DNA of 63,709 nucleotides, filler included, from Atractiella rhizophila (Eukaryota): NCBI GenBank assembly GCA_021432655.1. It is 8 parts of 5 records of this genome, joined end to end, with 100 filler letters (N's around TTAATTAATTAA, not from the genome) between each part and the next. Parts side by side here need not be neighbours in the genome. Positions count along the whole stretch, not along the records: positions 49,567 to 63,709 come from MU271361.1; 7 more parts are not named here. One strand, 5' to 3'. Shown piece by piece: positions 51,254 to 63,709 of this stretch (position 1 is its first letter; each line of letters starts with the position of its first letter). The notes under the pieces were generated by a model. It saw only the letters and a program-made list of their open reading frames with translations, ran no database searches and was not told where the DNA came from. The position numbers and the translations under genes were made by a program.

Positions 51254-52937
51254 TCATTTCGAGCGTCTTTGTCTGATCCAAAAGATGAACGACAGGACGG
51301 CGACAATGCCATCAAGACCCGCCATCAAAGCAAACGGTGCTCCTGGTAACTCATCAAAGAGCCATCCACCCAATCGTCCAATGATGAGAATTCCAAGGCC
51401 ACCAAAAACCGTACTGCCTCCTCCTATTCCACCTGCCACCTCTTCGGCCTGTGCGCCTTGTTTTGACAAAAGTTCTGATCGAGCTTTGCTCAGCAAAACG
51501 AGGCTTCCAACAATCCCTCCTATCTGCGCAAATCCAAGAAGGACGGCGTAAACCCAGACCATGGGATGCCTCGGATCGGAAGAGGGTAGAAGAGCGATAC
51601 CAGTGAAGGAGATGGAGCCGCAGATAAAGGGAAGAGTGACTCCTAGGGGCAAGGACGGGATAAGGGGAGACAGAAGGAGGGTAAGAAGCTCGATCACGCC
51701 GTTCAGAGAAGCAATGTGATGATAAGCCTGAGGGCAAGATTTCGGGATGGATGGGTCGGTGGAAGGTGGACACAATGAGGAACGGAGGTAGAACGTCGTG
51801 ATGAGCAGGGGGATGAACAGAGTGATGACTATTTCTCATATTAGCTGGATCACTTGGGAAAGGAATAGATCTCACCGATTGTCTGAGCACGAGAAGCAAA
51901 GGAAGTGACATACGCTAGCCGAAGCGGAGGCGACGACGTGGCAAGGCTGAAACTGCGAAAGAGGGAGAGGACCTTCTCACTCAACGACGGTGGATTTTGA
52001 GCCTTCAAAGCTGGAAAGCGCAGAGTCTGAGAAACGACGAAGGCCATTCCTAGTGCGAGTATAGCCACGAAGAAGTAGGTGTATATCAGACCATGAGAAA
52101 GTGTGATGCTGAACCGCTCAGAGAGAATAGGTGGCAGACGGAGGAAAAAGAATACTGTGCAGTACTTAGTCAGTATTTCAGTGGTGAGAAAAAGAGCATA
52201 CCGGCTACTAGAGCACCGCTGCCAGTGCCAACACCAACCCAACCAGCAAGTTTACCACCTTCTCGCTTAGGGCTGAAACGCCTCGTATTCCCCTCCACCT
52301 CTCCTTCTGACTCGAGCAACGGCGCCGTCTCACTTGCTTCTTCGCCAACCTTCACCTTCTCAACCTTCCCCATCCCACTCAAGACTGCAGGAATCATGGT
52401 GACCAAAGCGCTTCCTCCGGCCGCGAATACAATTCGAGCGAAGTAAGGATTTGGTTGGAGGACGAAGAGAGGAAGGGAAATGGCGATTAAGAGGTGCCCA
52501 ATTGAAGAAACGAAGCGTGGCGAACGGACATCAGAAAGATGCCCCCAAAGGAGAGCTGGTCGGTGTCAATAAATGACCACTGCTGCAAGAGGATATAAGG
52601 TACGTACCAAGTGGTAACGCGATTAGCTCGTGAAGAAGGGTCAAGCTTCCAACAACGTCGCCAGCTTTGTCTAATGCTAGGTTAGCATAATGAACAATGC
52701 AATAATGCGAACTCACCTGATGGATACCCCAACACTTGTGTTAGCAGTAGAGGGAGTGAAGCATTGAGAAAGACGAGGTATGATACACTACCTCAAAAAG
52801 CGCGGTGAGAAACGCTAATTGAGAATAAATACACACCTGAAAAAAGAAGATAGGATGTAGGAGAAGACATGAACCCGTTTGATTTGGGGAGCCAGTGAGA
52901 AATACGCGAGGACCCGGTCAGGGTTACTGTCGGTCAT
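51254..52937 (-). CDS. Major facilitator superfamily transporter; multi-exon
   Basis: GDVVGSLTLLHELIALPL|LLWGHLSDVRSPR; ARIVFAAGGSALVTM; GKLAGWVGVGTGSGALVA; YAVLLGFAQIGGIVGSL; GGLGILIIGRLGGWLFD..GAPF. Confidence 0.8.
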
Positions 52938-54440
52938 GGCTGCAGCATCCACATCAACTCCGTTTTCAAGTTGAAAGCTAAGCATAAAATCACCTTAATT
53001 ATGAAGTCGTTCAGGAGAACACTTTCCTCTTTTCCTTTCGATGAAGCTTGCAGGTGAAAGCTGCAATGTTTGGAGTGTTTGGAATGGAATGTTTGCTTGT
53101 CAGATAACAGCAGTGGTCGGCCTTCTAACCACCAAAACAAAACGCGACTCTGATTGGAGGGACAACATTGCATTTGTTGGGACTTCTATGCTTATGGCGA
53201 TGTGAGTTGGCTTTTGACTTATGGTAAATGGGTCATGTCAGTGAGCTTCGCGTCATTGGGGCTGATTGGTGCAAGTCCTCAGCAAATTGATGACTCCGTT
53301 AATTAGTTACTGTCAAGTAGACTGTTTGATGCAAGGACGGTTAGCGTAGCTACCAAAGAAGTTGTACCCAAAAGGAGTGTCGACTGTTGCGCATCCTGCT
53401 CTCGAATAGATGAGCTCTCAAGAGCATACAGGAGGCTTCATGCTAGTTTTCTTTCTGATGAGGAGGCTCACTCTCGCAGAAATCTGCACAGGATTACACC
53501 GAGTTCAAACCATCGCTGAGCACTGTTCGCTTTCAATGTCATGTTCTTTCCACTTGTTTACAACTTTGGCCCCGCACATTCTTGGACACGGGCGATTGCG
53601 GAGAACCACTCACACCTCCCACAAAAGAGTGGTGGCCCTTCTTGCATCATCGCTGCCTCCCTCCACTTGCTACCATGTCGATTGTTATGCGAGCTCCCAG
53701 CCAGGGCTCAAACCCCTATCACTTGCCCCACCTTGCGGCCGACGATAAGAGTGGGCCAGTGGTTCAGAAGGCTTCAGATGCTGTTGCAGCTTATCACCTC
53801 CCACGCGCCAAGAACGTCTCTACCTCCACCGCTGAAAGCACTCAGAGCACATCATCTGCTGGAACTGGAGAAAAGGTGCGTTGCTCCCGTGGAATATTGA
53901 ATTGAGGCCAACCTGTTATAGAAGGTGAAAGGGAAGAAAGCGGACAAGCCACCCCGTAAATCGTCCATTCTCCAGAAGTAAATCTTTGCCCCATAAACAT
54001 TCCCCTGCTCACGGATAGTCCCAGAGCGAAACAGTTCTTCCGCCCCGATAGTGAGTTTAAGAAAAACGGAAACGGGACCAATAATGCTTAATGAATTTTA
54101 ATGAACTGTCATCGGATTTGTATTCTGTCTCACTGCCGTGTTCATATCCGGAGGAATTTCTTGGATTACTTTTGTGCTTGCAACTTCGTTTGATTGAATA
54201 GTACAACGGATACCATTTTTATTGGAACAGTCATAGGAGTAAGACAATACAGACAGAAACACGGGGAGAAGTTTAGTTTTCAGATGAGATGAAATGACAT
54301 GACAACAAATTGGCTGTGAACTAAAAATGAGGTTGCAGCGACAAAACTAATGCGATGGAAAGTTAGACAAAGAAAATCGAAATGGGATGAAACCTCTCTC
54401 GGTGCTCGTACAACATAGTGCAAGATGCCTGAAGAAGTTG

Positions 54441-56178
54441 TTAATATCGTAACATTCGGCCAACTGGGGGTTCTGATGTAGCTCGGATAGACGGTTTTTT
54501 GAAGCCGGGAAGGGACGTAAATGGCATGATAGGCACTCTATGAGGCATGCGTGCAACGTGAGGGGGAGATGGCAATCTTGCAGCTTGTACCGGCAGGTGA
54601 GGCATCCTTTTGAGATTGGACGGTCGGCGTCTTCTTCGAAGCAGTGATCTTAGGAGCACGAAAACGAGGACGAAAAAGCAGATGAACGAAAGCGTCATCA
54701 ACGTCAACTGCAAAATTGTTCAGGTACAACAGCCTTACTAGCAGAAAATACTTACGTGAATGGACATTTGCGCTTCTTGGATGTAGGTTGTCGAGACATG
54801 CCAATAACCTCGCAGTCGGAGGCTCCAGGACTGCATATACCCCGATAAGAGAACAACAATAACCAGGAGCAGCGCAATTGAAGGTTGGCACTTCAATACA
54901 CCTATCACAGGTGTCAGTCGAAGCATCCAAAGAGGAGAATCCTGCAAACCAGGAAGAGCAGCGACCAGTAGCCAGAACCACCCTGTAGTTCCTCCATTTG
55001 GCTGAAAAAGGAATCGACTTCTGTTCAATTCGACGGCTTCTGCCAGACCTTCAAGGTTGGAAGTTAGATCAGTAATCCGAGCGAGACCTTCTTCTAGTGC
55101 TCGATGAGAGATATTCTGTAGATGTAGATTAAGCTCGAAAGATCGCTGTAGATCGAGCGAGAGGTTTTGCAGCACCCTTCCGGTCTTTAAAAAAATGAGC
55201 TGCGACGTAGAACAACGTAGAAGAAGAGCTTACATTTATCACGGAGTGCATCAGATCTTTGAAGACGGAGAGCGATGTATCAGCATCTTCCTGTGAAAAT
55301 TTAGCCGAATATTGAACATTCAAGGACCTACCACTTGCAAAGATAAACTGTGAAGCATCTCTTCTACTCTGCTCACTTCTTTCATAAGGCCAGCGGAGAC
55401 GTCTCCCAGTCCTCTGTTGTGATCATAAAGAATCTTCTCCAACTCCATTTTGGTCTAAGATCGCGATGATTCAACACTTTATCAAGGAAATATTGTGGAC
55501 GGACCAGTTGCACGCTGTCTTGCATCACGTCCCATCCGCCTTGGAACTTCTCTAGAAGCTCCAGCGAATGAAAAGAGATATTCTTGTAGATATCTCGCGC
55601 CGAATCCAAGTCGTGCATCCTCGAATGAGCAAAGCAGAATTGTACTGGCGCAACACCGATCAGCCCTAGCATATCTCAGCTCAAGAGAACGTGCCTATCT
55701 CTCTCAGGTACCCTGAATATGAGCTCCAGTGTTGAGGACTTCTGCTCAGTGCTCTTCCCGCATCTCGTCAAACATGCCTGTACCAAATACGCTTATTGAA
55801 CGAAGGAACTCACTCAACACAACCTACAACCTCTCGACTCCCTTTTCCTCCCCTCCCACATTCACGAGGAACGCTCAACTGGACGTTCTCCAAATCACAC
55901 ACCGTCATCTGGCTCGCGATTGCCATCCTCTCCAAATCCGAAAGCGCGTCACAGGCTGGGGAAACAGGAAAATGACGCGTGAAACAGGACGACAATTCAG
56001 TGGCGCGGTCTACATCCTTACTTCAGTCTTCTTAGCGGACAGTGAAGACTGCAAGCCTACCGTTTGGCTGTCCTATCAATTCTTGGGAATCGCGAAAAGC
56101 GCGACTGTTTTGAGGGTTGGAGAACCATGACGCGAAGGTCCGAGGTAGAATAAACAGGTAAAGATAAAGATACATCAT
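54441..56178 (-). CDS. KAR5: Nuclear fusion protein Kar5/Tht1-like (GEX1/Brambleberry family)
   Basis: Signal-peptide-like N-terminus; Cys-rich domain SSCF...CDALSDLERMAIASQMTVCDL...PREC...GCVE|ALSRSPQHWSSYSGYLRE..FC; coiled-coil; C-terminal hydrophobic segments. Confidence 0.75.
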
Positions 56179-56418
56179 ACTCACTGAAGCTTGAGCCGCT
56201 TGCGCATTCGTCGTCGTAATCGTTCCAAGTGTTGTTGAAGCTGAAGGAGGTGGCAAATATTTTCGCGTTCAGTTGTAGTACGTAAAGTTTTCAGTTTGAA
56301 ATTATCAATTTCAACGCGCTGTTCGCATGCATGCTTGTGCCAATGACAATCATATTCGCTGAAACATGCATTAGACGTGGTTAGACACGCTCTATAAACT
56401 AGCAGAATAACCAGCAAA

Positions 56419-57797
56419 CTATACTGTTCCCAAACCTCTGATTCGGAGAAACCGTGAAACGTTATCCAGTACGTCTTCTGCTGGGGTATCTTCGTCGACT
56501 GGAGGTGGTCGCTGCCTGTCTGGCATCGAGGGTTGGCCAGGATGTATGGAGTCGCCTCTCGGCTTGTAGATGAGAACGAGGATTGCACCAAAAATGAGGA
56601 GACAGAGTAGGAAAATGAGCGACCTCTTTCCAGACTTTTTCTGGTGTCTAAATCGTTCGTCAGCCAGGACCTTGCAAGAATCAAGAAGAGGTACTTCGTG
56701 GCTTGCTTCAGTTCCTGTACCGCACTCTCGACGTTTGTCGCCAGTTGCTCGACATTGTAGTCTATACGATCGAGAAGGGAGCCTTGGTCAATGACCATAT
56801 TTGAGAGGTCTTTAAATATGTCTGCTAGCTCCGCTATCGACTTCGATATAAGAGTGATTTCTCGATCTCTCTCGTTGATTAGACGCATGTCAACGTCATC
56901 TGTGAGGAGTGAAGACTGCGCCAGTGAAGTGCGCGAGAGTTCGACATCGTCTTCTAACTCTTTAGCAGACGATTGTAGAGGTATTGAGGACGTCGAAGTG
57001 AGTAAGTCAGAAGTACGGGTTTCGTGTCCTTTCAGTTCTTGTTCTGCTCGTCAGCCTTACACTTCTTGGTGAGAAGAGGATGCGCACGGCGTAGGTAAAC
57101 ACCCTGCTTCTTACGAAATCCGCTGCTGAGCTCTTGTAGCTTATTCGCAAGCCCAGTTTGCAGATTAACAGCCATTTGGTCAGGCTTGTTGGGCTGTGAA
57201 GAGCTGGTGGGCCGCGAGTGTGAGCGAGCAAGGTCTCCTATCTTCTGTAGCATAGAATGGGCCCGACGGAATTCCTGATATTGTACTTCCTTAGCATTGA
57301 TGCACAAAGGGAAGAGTAACGAACGGATGTTATTTCTCGAGTGAGAGTGTCGATTTCTCGTTCTTCAGCTGAACGGTCCGTGAAACCAGGCAGAACATGT
57401 TTAGCATATAACTTGTCGAGGTACGTGACTACGTTTCATTTCAATACTACCCAGTCGTCGTGAAAGAAGAAAACGCACTCTTGCCTCTCGCGCTCTCGAT
57501 GAGCGCCTCTGCTTGGTCTGCCACGTCCACCCACACTGGCGGCAGACCTTGTTCCAGTTCGTCGAGCTCCAAGTCATCATCTGCACTACCAATAAGCCTC
57601 TCCTCCTCTCCTCCGTCCTTATATACCCCATAATCAGGCGCCCGTCCTTTCCCCTTCCCTTTTACATTCCGGTGTCGATAATTCGGTGATGATTCGCGGT
57701 AGGATAGGAAAAGAAGAGTGCGGGACCGCGTAACACCTATTGTCTGAGAGAGACTGGGGGAGGAACTAAAGCCGGAGGGGATTCTCGGGGATTCCAT
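56419..57797 (-). CDS. TLG2: t-SNARE Tlg2/syntaxin-16, intact copy
   Basis: N-peptide VTRSRTLLFLSYRES; LPPVWVD; LYAKHVLPGF; SNARE motif ERDREITLISKSIAELADIFKDLSNMVIDQGSLLDRIDYNVE; TM IFLLCLLIFGAILVLIY. Confidence 0.93.
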
Positions 57798-57918
57798 GCT
57801 TGAACCGCTCAAAACGTGAAGATGCAGAAAAGAAGTTCATTCGTCATTTCGGCTTCTTTTCAACAAAAAATCGGGCCATAAAGTATGTGTATTGCAAAAC
57901 ATTTCTAAAGACTTAAAA

Positions 57919-57996
57919 GGCAAGATGGCCGAGTGGTCTAAGGCGTCAGTTTTAGGCACTGATCTTCGGGCGTGGGTTCAAATCCCACTCTTGTCA
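57919..57996 (+). tRNA. tRNA-Leu (anticodon UAG), copy A
   Basis: GGCAAGA/TCTTGTC acceptor stem; TGGCCGAGTGG A box; TCAGT-TTTAGGC-ACTGA anticodon arm; GGTTCAAATCC B box; downstream T-run. Confidence 0.95.
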
Positions 57997-58274
57997 TGTT
58001 TTTGAATATTTTTGTGTAGGAACGCTACGTTCCTCTTGTACTTCTTCCTTTTCTGAAGCAGTTCTGCAAGCTCTCCTTCCAAGTGTGGCCACGCTCAAGA
58101 AATTTGATGTATACATGTCCTCATGTCCTTGATGTGTAAAACCAGGTCACCCCAGGACCGGGTAATGAACATCCCCGGCAGGAGCCAGAAGTTTTGGGAG
58201 AATTTCGAGAACCACCAACTTGGGTTTTGCTGAAAAGCACCTGTAGAGAGAGCACAAACCCTAGAGCTGAAGAG

Positions 58275-58474
58275 ATGAAGAACAGTACAGGGACAGATGT
58301 TGTCCCCCTCAGTGCGCTCGACTTGTTTTTTATTAATGTTGGGAACCAAGTGGGGAGCCCAGTGAGTCGTCATTCGTCAAAGATTGGGCAGTGTGAACGT
58401 GTCTTCTACAGCCAGACCCGTTGAAAGTTATTGTTATCCTATTCGCATCTATTCCCCTTGCTTTGCTATATCCG
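58275..58474 (+). pseudogene. Truncated 5' fragment of the ALE1-like gene (duplication product)
   Basis: MKNSTGTDVV...|PDPLKVIVILFASIPLALLYP is cut at the junction. Confidence 0.8.
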
Positions 58475-59459
58475 AAATATGTCTGCTAGCTCCGCTATCG
58501 ATTTCGAAATAAGAGTGATTTCTCGATCTCTCTCGTTGATTAGACGCATGTCAACATCATCTGTGAGGAGTGAAGACTGCGCCAGTGAAGTGCGAGAGAG
58601 CTCGACGTCGTCTTCTAGCTCTTTAGCAGACGATTGTAAAGGTATTGAGGACGTCGAAGTGAGTAAGTCAGAAGTACGGGTTTCGTGACCTTTCAGTTCT
58701 TGTTCCGCCCCGCAACCTTAAAACTCCTGCGGGAGAAGAAGATGCGCACGGCGGAGGTAAACACCCTGCTTCTTACGAAATCCGCTACTGAGCTCTTGTA
58801 GCTTATTCGCAAGCCCAGTTTGCAGATTAACAGCCATTTGGTCAGGCTTGTTGGGCTGTGAAGAGCTGGTGGGCCGCGAGTGTGAGCGAGCAAGGTCTCC
58901 TATCTTCTGTAGCATAGAATGGGCCCGACGGAATTCCTGAGATTGCACTTCCTTAGCAATGATGCACAAAGGGAAGAGTAACGAACGGAGGTAATTTCTC
59001 GAGTGAGAGTGTCGATTTCTCGTTCTTCAGCTGAACGGTCCGTGAAACCAGGAAGAACATGTTTAGCATATAACTTGTCGAGGTACGTGACTACGTTTCA
59101 TTTCAATACTACCCAGTCGTCGCGAAAGAAGAAAACGCACTCTTGCCTCTCGCGCTCTCGATGAGCGCCTCTGCTTGGTCTGCCACGTCCACCCACACTG
59201 GCGGCAGACCTTGTTCCAGTTCGTCGAGCTCCAAGTCATCATCTGCACTACCAATAAGCCTCTCCTCTTCTCCTCCGTCCTTATATACCCCATAATCAGG
59301 CGCCCGTCCTTTCCCCTTCCCTTTTACATTCCGGTGTCGATAATTCGGTGATGATTCGCGGTAGGATAAGAAAAGAAGAGTGCGGGACCGCGTAACACCT
59401 ATTGTCTGGGAGAGACTGGGGGAGGAACTAAAGCCGGAGGGGATTCTCGGGGATTCCAT
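58466..59459 (-). pseudogene. 3'-truncated TLG2 copy lacking most of the SNARE motif and the TM anchor
   Basis: Same exons as TLG2, ending ...ISKSIAELADIFRI* just past the junction. Confidence 0.85.
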
Positions 59460-59584
59460 ACTTGAACCGCTCAAAACGTGAAGATGCAGAAAAGAAGTTC
59501 ATTCGTCATTTCGGCTTCTTCAACACAACGTCTCAACCGGGCCATAAAGTATGTGTATTGCAAAACATCCTAAAAGACTCAAAA

Positions 59585-59662
59585 GGCAAGATGGCCGAGT
59601 GGTCTAAGGCGTCAGTTTTAGGCACTGATCTTCGGGCGTGGGTTCAAATCCCACTCTTGTCA
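59585..59662 (+). tRNA. tRNA-Leu (anticodon UAG), copy B
   Basis: Identical to 57919-57996. Confidence 0.95.
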
Positions 59663-59944
59663 TGTTTTTGAATATTTTTGTGTAGGAACCCCACTTTCCT
59701 CTTATTCTTCTAGCTTTTCTGCAGCAGTTCTCCACTCCAAGCTCTCCTAGGTGCAATGTTGCCCAAGTGACCACGCTCAAGAATTTGATGTCTACACATC
59801 CTTGATGTGAACAACCAGGGCAACCCAGGACCGGGTAATGAACATCCCCGGCAGGAGCCAGAAGTTTTGGGGAGAATTTGGACACCAACTTGGGTTTTGC
59901 TGAAAAGCACTCGTAGAGAGAGCACATATCATAGAGCTGAAGAG

Positions 59945-61855
59945 ATGAAGAACAGTACAGGGACAGATGTTGTCCCCCTCAGCGCGCTCGACTTGTTTTT
60001 TATTAATGTTGGGAACCAAGTAGGGAGCCCGGTGAGTCGTCATTCGTCGAAGATTGGGCAGTGTGAACGTGTCTTCTACAGCCAGACCCGTTGAAAGTTA
60101 TTGTTATCCTATTCGCATCTATTCCCCTTGCTCTGCTATATCCGCTACTTCCGCCAGCTCCATCACTCCTCACCCCCGCGTACTCTCTTGCCGTCTCGTA
60201 CATCTTCCTGACCCAAGTTTTGCACCTACACAACGGCTTCTTTCAACTCCTTGGGAGTTCTATCGCAACCTATTACCTTGTCGCATGGAGAGTATCTCAG
60301 GCGAAGAAAGCTGGCAGAAAGGTCAGCAAGAGTATGGGATGGGAAGTTTTCGCCTTGACCATGGGGCACCTACTTTTCAAGTACGTCTGACACTGCACCA
60401 TCTTTGTTATGCCGCTTATGAGATGCTCTCAGCCACCTCTATCGATCGTTTAACGAAATATCTTTAGACATCATTGAGATTACGGGTTCTCAAATGGTGC
60501 TAGTAATGAAGTTGAGCAGCTTCGCGTGGCAAGTTTACGACGGTCAGCGTCCAAAGGAGGAGCTGGATAAATTTCAGTCAATGAACCGAATCGAGGAACT
60601 GCCAACGCTTCTTGACTTCCTGAGCTATTGGTAGGTTGCGACTGTACCTGTCAACGTGTTCCTTCTAACCAATCCGATACAGCTTCTTTTTCCCTTCCAT
60701 CATGGCTGGACCGTCGTTCACATATGCATCGTATCGGTCCTTTATCAATCGGACGCTTTTTGGTGCTTCGAAAGACAACCCGTCTCAGTTCACCCTTCCT
60801 CCAGGACGATGGTATCGCGCCGGAAAGCGCTTCGCTTGTGGTGTCTTTTACCTCGCAATCTTTGCCACTCAAGCTGGAAGTTGGAGCTTCAGCAACCTGG
60901 TCGACCCAAGGCTTGGCTGGTTGGATAAACCGCTGTGGAAGAGAATCTTTGCCATGCAAATGGGAGGATTCATGGCTCGGACAAAATACTATGCTGTCTG
61001 GTGTCTGGCGTAAGTGCACTTCATCGTCCCATCGAACATCGAACTGAGTCTACTGTTGCCAGTGAGACTGCGTATATTTTGTCTGGTCTTGGATGGGACC
61101 CTATTTCGCGAAAATATATCAACTCTCGCAATCTCAAGATTCGTCAAATTGAATGCGCTCAGAGTTTCAAGGAGCTTCTCGATCATTGGAACATGAACAC
61201 GAATGTTTGGCTGCGAGAATGTGTCTACAAGCGCGTCGCTCGAGAAGGGAAGAAGCCTGGATTCAAGAGCACAATGGCCACGTTTGGAACAAGTGCATTG
61301 TAGGCTTTTTTCTTTAAATAGCTTCTGTCGTTAACACCCAGAGTTAGCTGGCATGGTACTAATCCCTGCTATTACCTTACGTTCTTTCTCGGTGGATTCG
61401 CCCAGAACTTGGGAAAACTGCTCCGAAAGAACATCCGGCCTTTCTTCCTTCCACCCGGATACCTCTTAATCAAACCTGGCCAACCAACGCCTCCCACAGG
61501 AGCGCTCAAGGCATTCTACGACATCGTCGGCATAATTTCTGTTCAGCTCGTCCTCAACTTCGCCGTCGTTCCTTTCATGCTTCAAGACTTCCGTCAAAGC
61601 TTCACAGCCTGGAACAACGTCAACTGGTATGGACTCATCCTCGTTTTCGGAATATCCGGTTTCTTCTGGTGCGGAGGAGGAGGAGTGTTTAAGCAAGCTC
61701 TGAAGAAGAGAGAGGCGAAGGCTCTCGCTCAGCAAGAGACCATCAAGAAGAAAGAGGCAGAGAAGCTCGCTAAGGAAGGAGTCAAGGCTTACAGGGAAGA
61801 GACGGAGACTGCTCATGTGGACAAACCTAATGCTGTAGGTATACCCCCCGCGTAA
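59945..61855 (+). CDS. ALE1: MBOAT lysophospholipid acyltransferase (Ale1-like)
   Basis: IEITGSQMVLVMKLSSFAWQVYDG; FFPSIMAGPSF; ARTKYYAVW; LLDHWNMNTNVWLRECVYKRV..KKPGFKSTMATFGTSAL|WHG. Confidence 0.9.
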
Positions 61856-62722
61856 AGGAGTTTGCTCTTAGTGCATTGAGTTGGGAGTTTGGTTGCTTTT
61901 GGAGTAAAGTTGGTGATATAAAGTCTATAAACCGCTTTATAGAATTGGTTAATCATGACGATATATTCCAGTTTTGTGATATAATCGATTCTTAATCAGT
62001 CATTGATCAGCAACGCAGACCAGACCTGATGCTTTTGTATGATCCCAAACACAGTTTAAGGGGTTCCACCGAGGCGAACCTCATGCTACACCAAAATGAT
62101 GACCGTCAAAATTGATATGTCTGATCCAGGACGAAGACATTCACACTGGCATTAGGAGCCAGGAAGCTTCAAATTTAGACTCTCCCCATCATATGCGCAA
62201 AATTCGACCACGAGAAAGCGCTCGCACATGTCGCCCCAGTCGATTACGAACTTCAATATTCTCTGGGGATTCACCAGATTATCTCACGATCCAGGGGTGG
62301 GAGCAACACGGCTCTTTTGCTTCTTCGAGCGATAATCTAATAAACTTATCCTATCCACCTTCCTATTCTATTGCGCGAAGTGGATTACTAGGCTCCATCG
62401 TGAGATTAACTGGGTTTGTTGATGGAGGGTAGCTTACAGCAGAAAGTAGTAGAACATTCAAACGAAACTAGACTGCAGAGCTCAACAAATACAATCGACA
62501 ATAACTTATAAGTACTTGTCTGGTTCGTTCAAAGTTAGAGAACCTGATGAGTCTTACTAACAGTGAAATAACGATCACGGAACCAACTCTGCTGAATGAA
62601 TGACTGAAACAAGGGCTCCATGTCGCCCTTCATCGCTTCATCATCCATCACAGCTGTCACCTCGGTAGCAATTGCTAACACGCTCAGCTTGATCATCCCC
62701 AGGAACTAGACTATTTGTCAAA

Positions 62723-63709
62723 ATGGCTGTGATAACAGACATGCCTCCTGAAATTCTCAGCATCATCATGACTTCTGCCTGTTCTGGGGACCGATTTGAT
62801 CGACGAGACCGTGCTAACGCATTGAAATCTTATTCTCTTGTATCAAAAGAATGGTCCGGTTGCGCTCAGCGCCTGCTGCTACGTGATATCGTGGTCTGTA
62901 TCTATATCCTTCGACGATCATATTCCTGATTTTGCGAGAACGACGCAGGTGTCAAGTTTTAAGACGGCCGACACAGTACGAACGATGAGTCGACAGAATT
63001 CCAATCGAAACGCTGGCTTGGTGCGCCATTTGACCATCACAGATTTTCAACGAAGAAAACCCAGCTCAAATCTGGACCTCGTCAAGAGTCTCCTTTCTGA
63101 CCTCAATAATTTGTACTCCCTCACTCTAGAGGTTGACTTTGCCGGTTGCACTCCAGTCAGAATGGAAAGAATTAGGGTTCGTTCGAAACACAAATTCAAG
63201 CCTGACGACTTGATCTCCTTTTTGGAAGAGTCGCAAAAATACCTTCCAAAGTCAACAAAGAAATTTAGGATATTCCTTGACACCGATTACTTGAGCAGAT
63301 CTTACCATCGAAAGGGACTCGCGGAATTCACCAAATGCATTTTTAATTTGATGAAGAATGTGGACGAACTCGAGTTCATTTCCTCCCGGTATCGCAGCAG
63401 AGATCCTCCGAAATTTTTGGAGGCCATACAAACGAACTTTCCGTCTGTAGGAGTCATTCGGAGACTGGTTCTTCCTAATTTCCAACTGGATCCCGAAGTT
63501 CTACGTGTCCTCCCTCCTTCTTTCAACCATCTCGTCTTCCTTGAGTATCCCCACAACTCCAATGATTTCACAAGCGTCCCATCCTTATACACAGCGAACG
63601 TTGTCTCTGCATTCCAAGCCACTGGCGCTCAACTGACAAGCCTTCGGCTCGCCCTTTCCCATGCTCACGAACGGATGCTCCCGGGATTATTAAAATCGCT
63701 CACCGGTTT
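62723..63709 (+). CDS. F-box-like/LRR-like protein, runs off the window
   Basis: MAVITDMPPEILSII...LKSYSLVSKEWSGCAQRLLLRDI (F-box-like), an intron, then LVRHLTI, LNNLYSLTL, VIRRLVL repeats. Confidence 0.75.

Larger units (their letters stand above)
56814..60144. repeat. Tandem segmental duplication (copy A 56814-58474, copy B 58475-60144)
   Basis: The junction ...gctatatccg|aaatatgtctgctagc joins ALE1 exon 2 to internal TLG2 sequence. The two copies are colinear. Confidence 0.95.

Noticed and set aside
53410..53960. Overlapping ~110-aa plus-strand ORFs
   Set aside because: No homology cue or clear start; not supportable as a gene.

Overview
Intron-rich fungal genomic scaffold with introns of about 50 nt. 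The Hog1 N-terminus (MADFVKLSIFGTVFEVT) is basidiomycete-type. Assembly gaps are present, and seven carry an artificial TTAATTAATTAA spacer. Housekeeping genes: MMtag2-like, HOG1, RRP41/SKI6, Rpn14/PAAF1-like WD40, WDR89-like WD40, LtrA-domain protein, MBL-fold hydrolase, SAM50, alpha-actinin, VID27, an MFS transporter, KAR5-like, TLG2, two tRNA-Leu(UAG), ALE1-like MBOAT and F-box/LRR-like proteins. A central repeat-rich zone (about 25-46 kb) holds a Ty1/copia element, a chromoviral Ty3/gypsy 3' end with an antisense Cys-cluster ORF, TpA-rich relics, and an apparently complete 7,062-bp Plavaka DNA transposon with 13-bp TIRs and a TT target-site duplication. The standout is a five-exon gene at 8088-8772 (-), invisible in the ORF track. 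It encodes a secreted 162-aa precursor with 12 Lys-Arg sites (a Kex2-processed repeat protein), built by tandem duplication of an exon+intron unit and predicted to release three alternating peptide types, two of them Cys-bearing. A 1.66-kb tandem duplication spanning TLG2-5', tRNA-Leu and ALE1-5' shows only synonymous changes at the coding positions I compared. All family calls come from motif recognition by eye; no searches were run.
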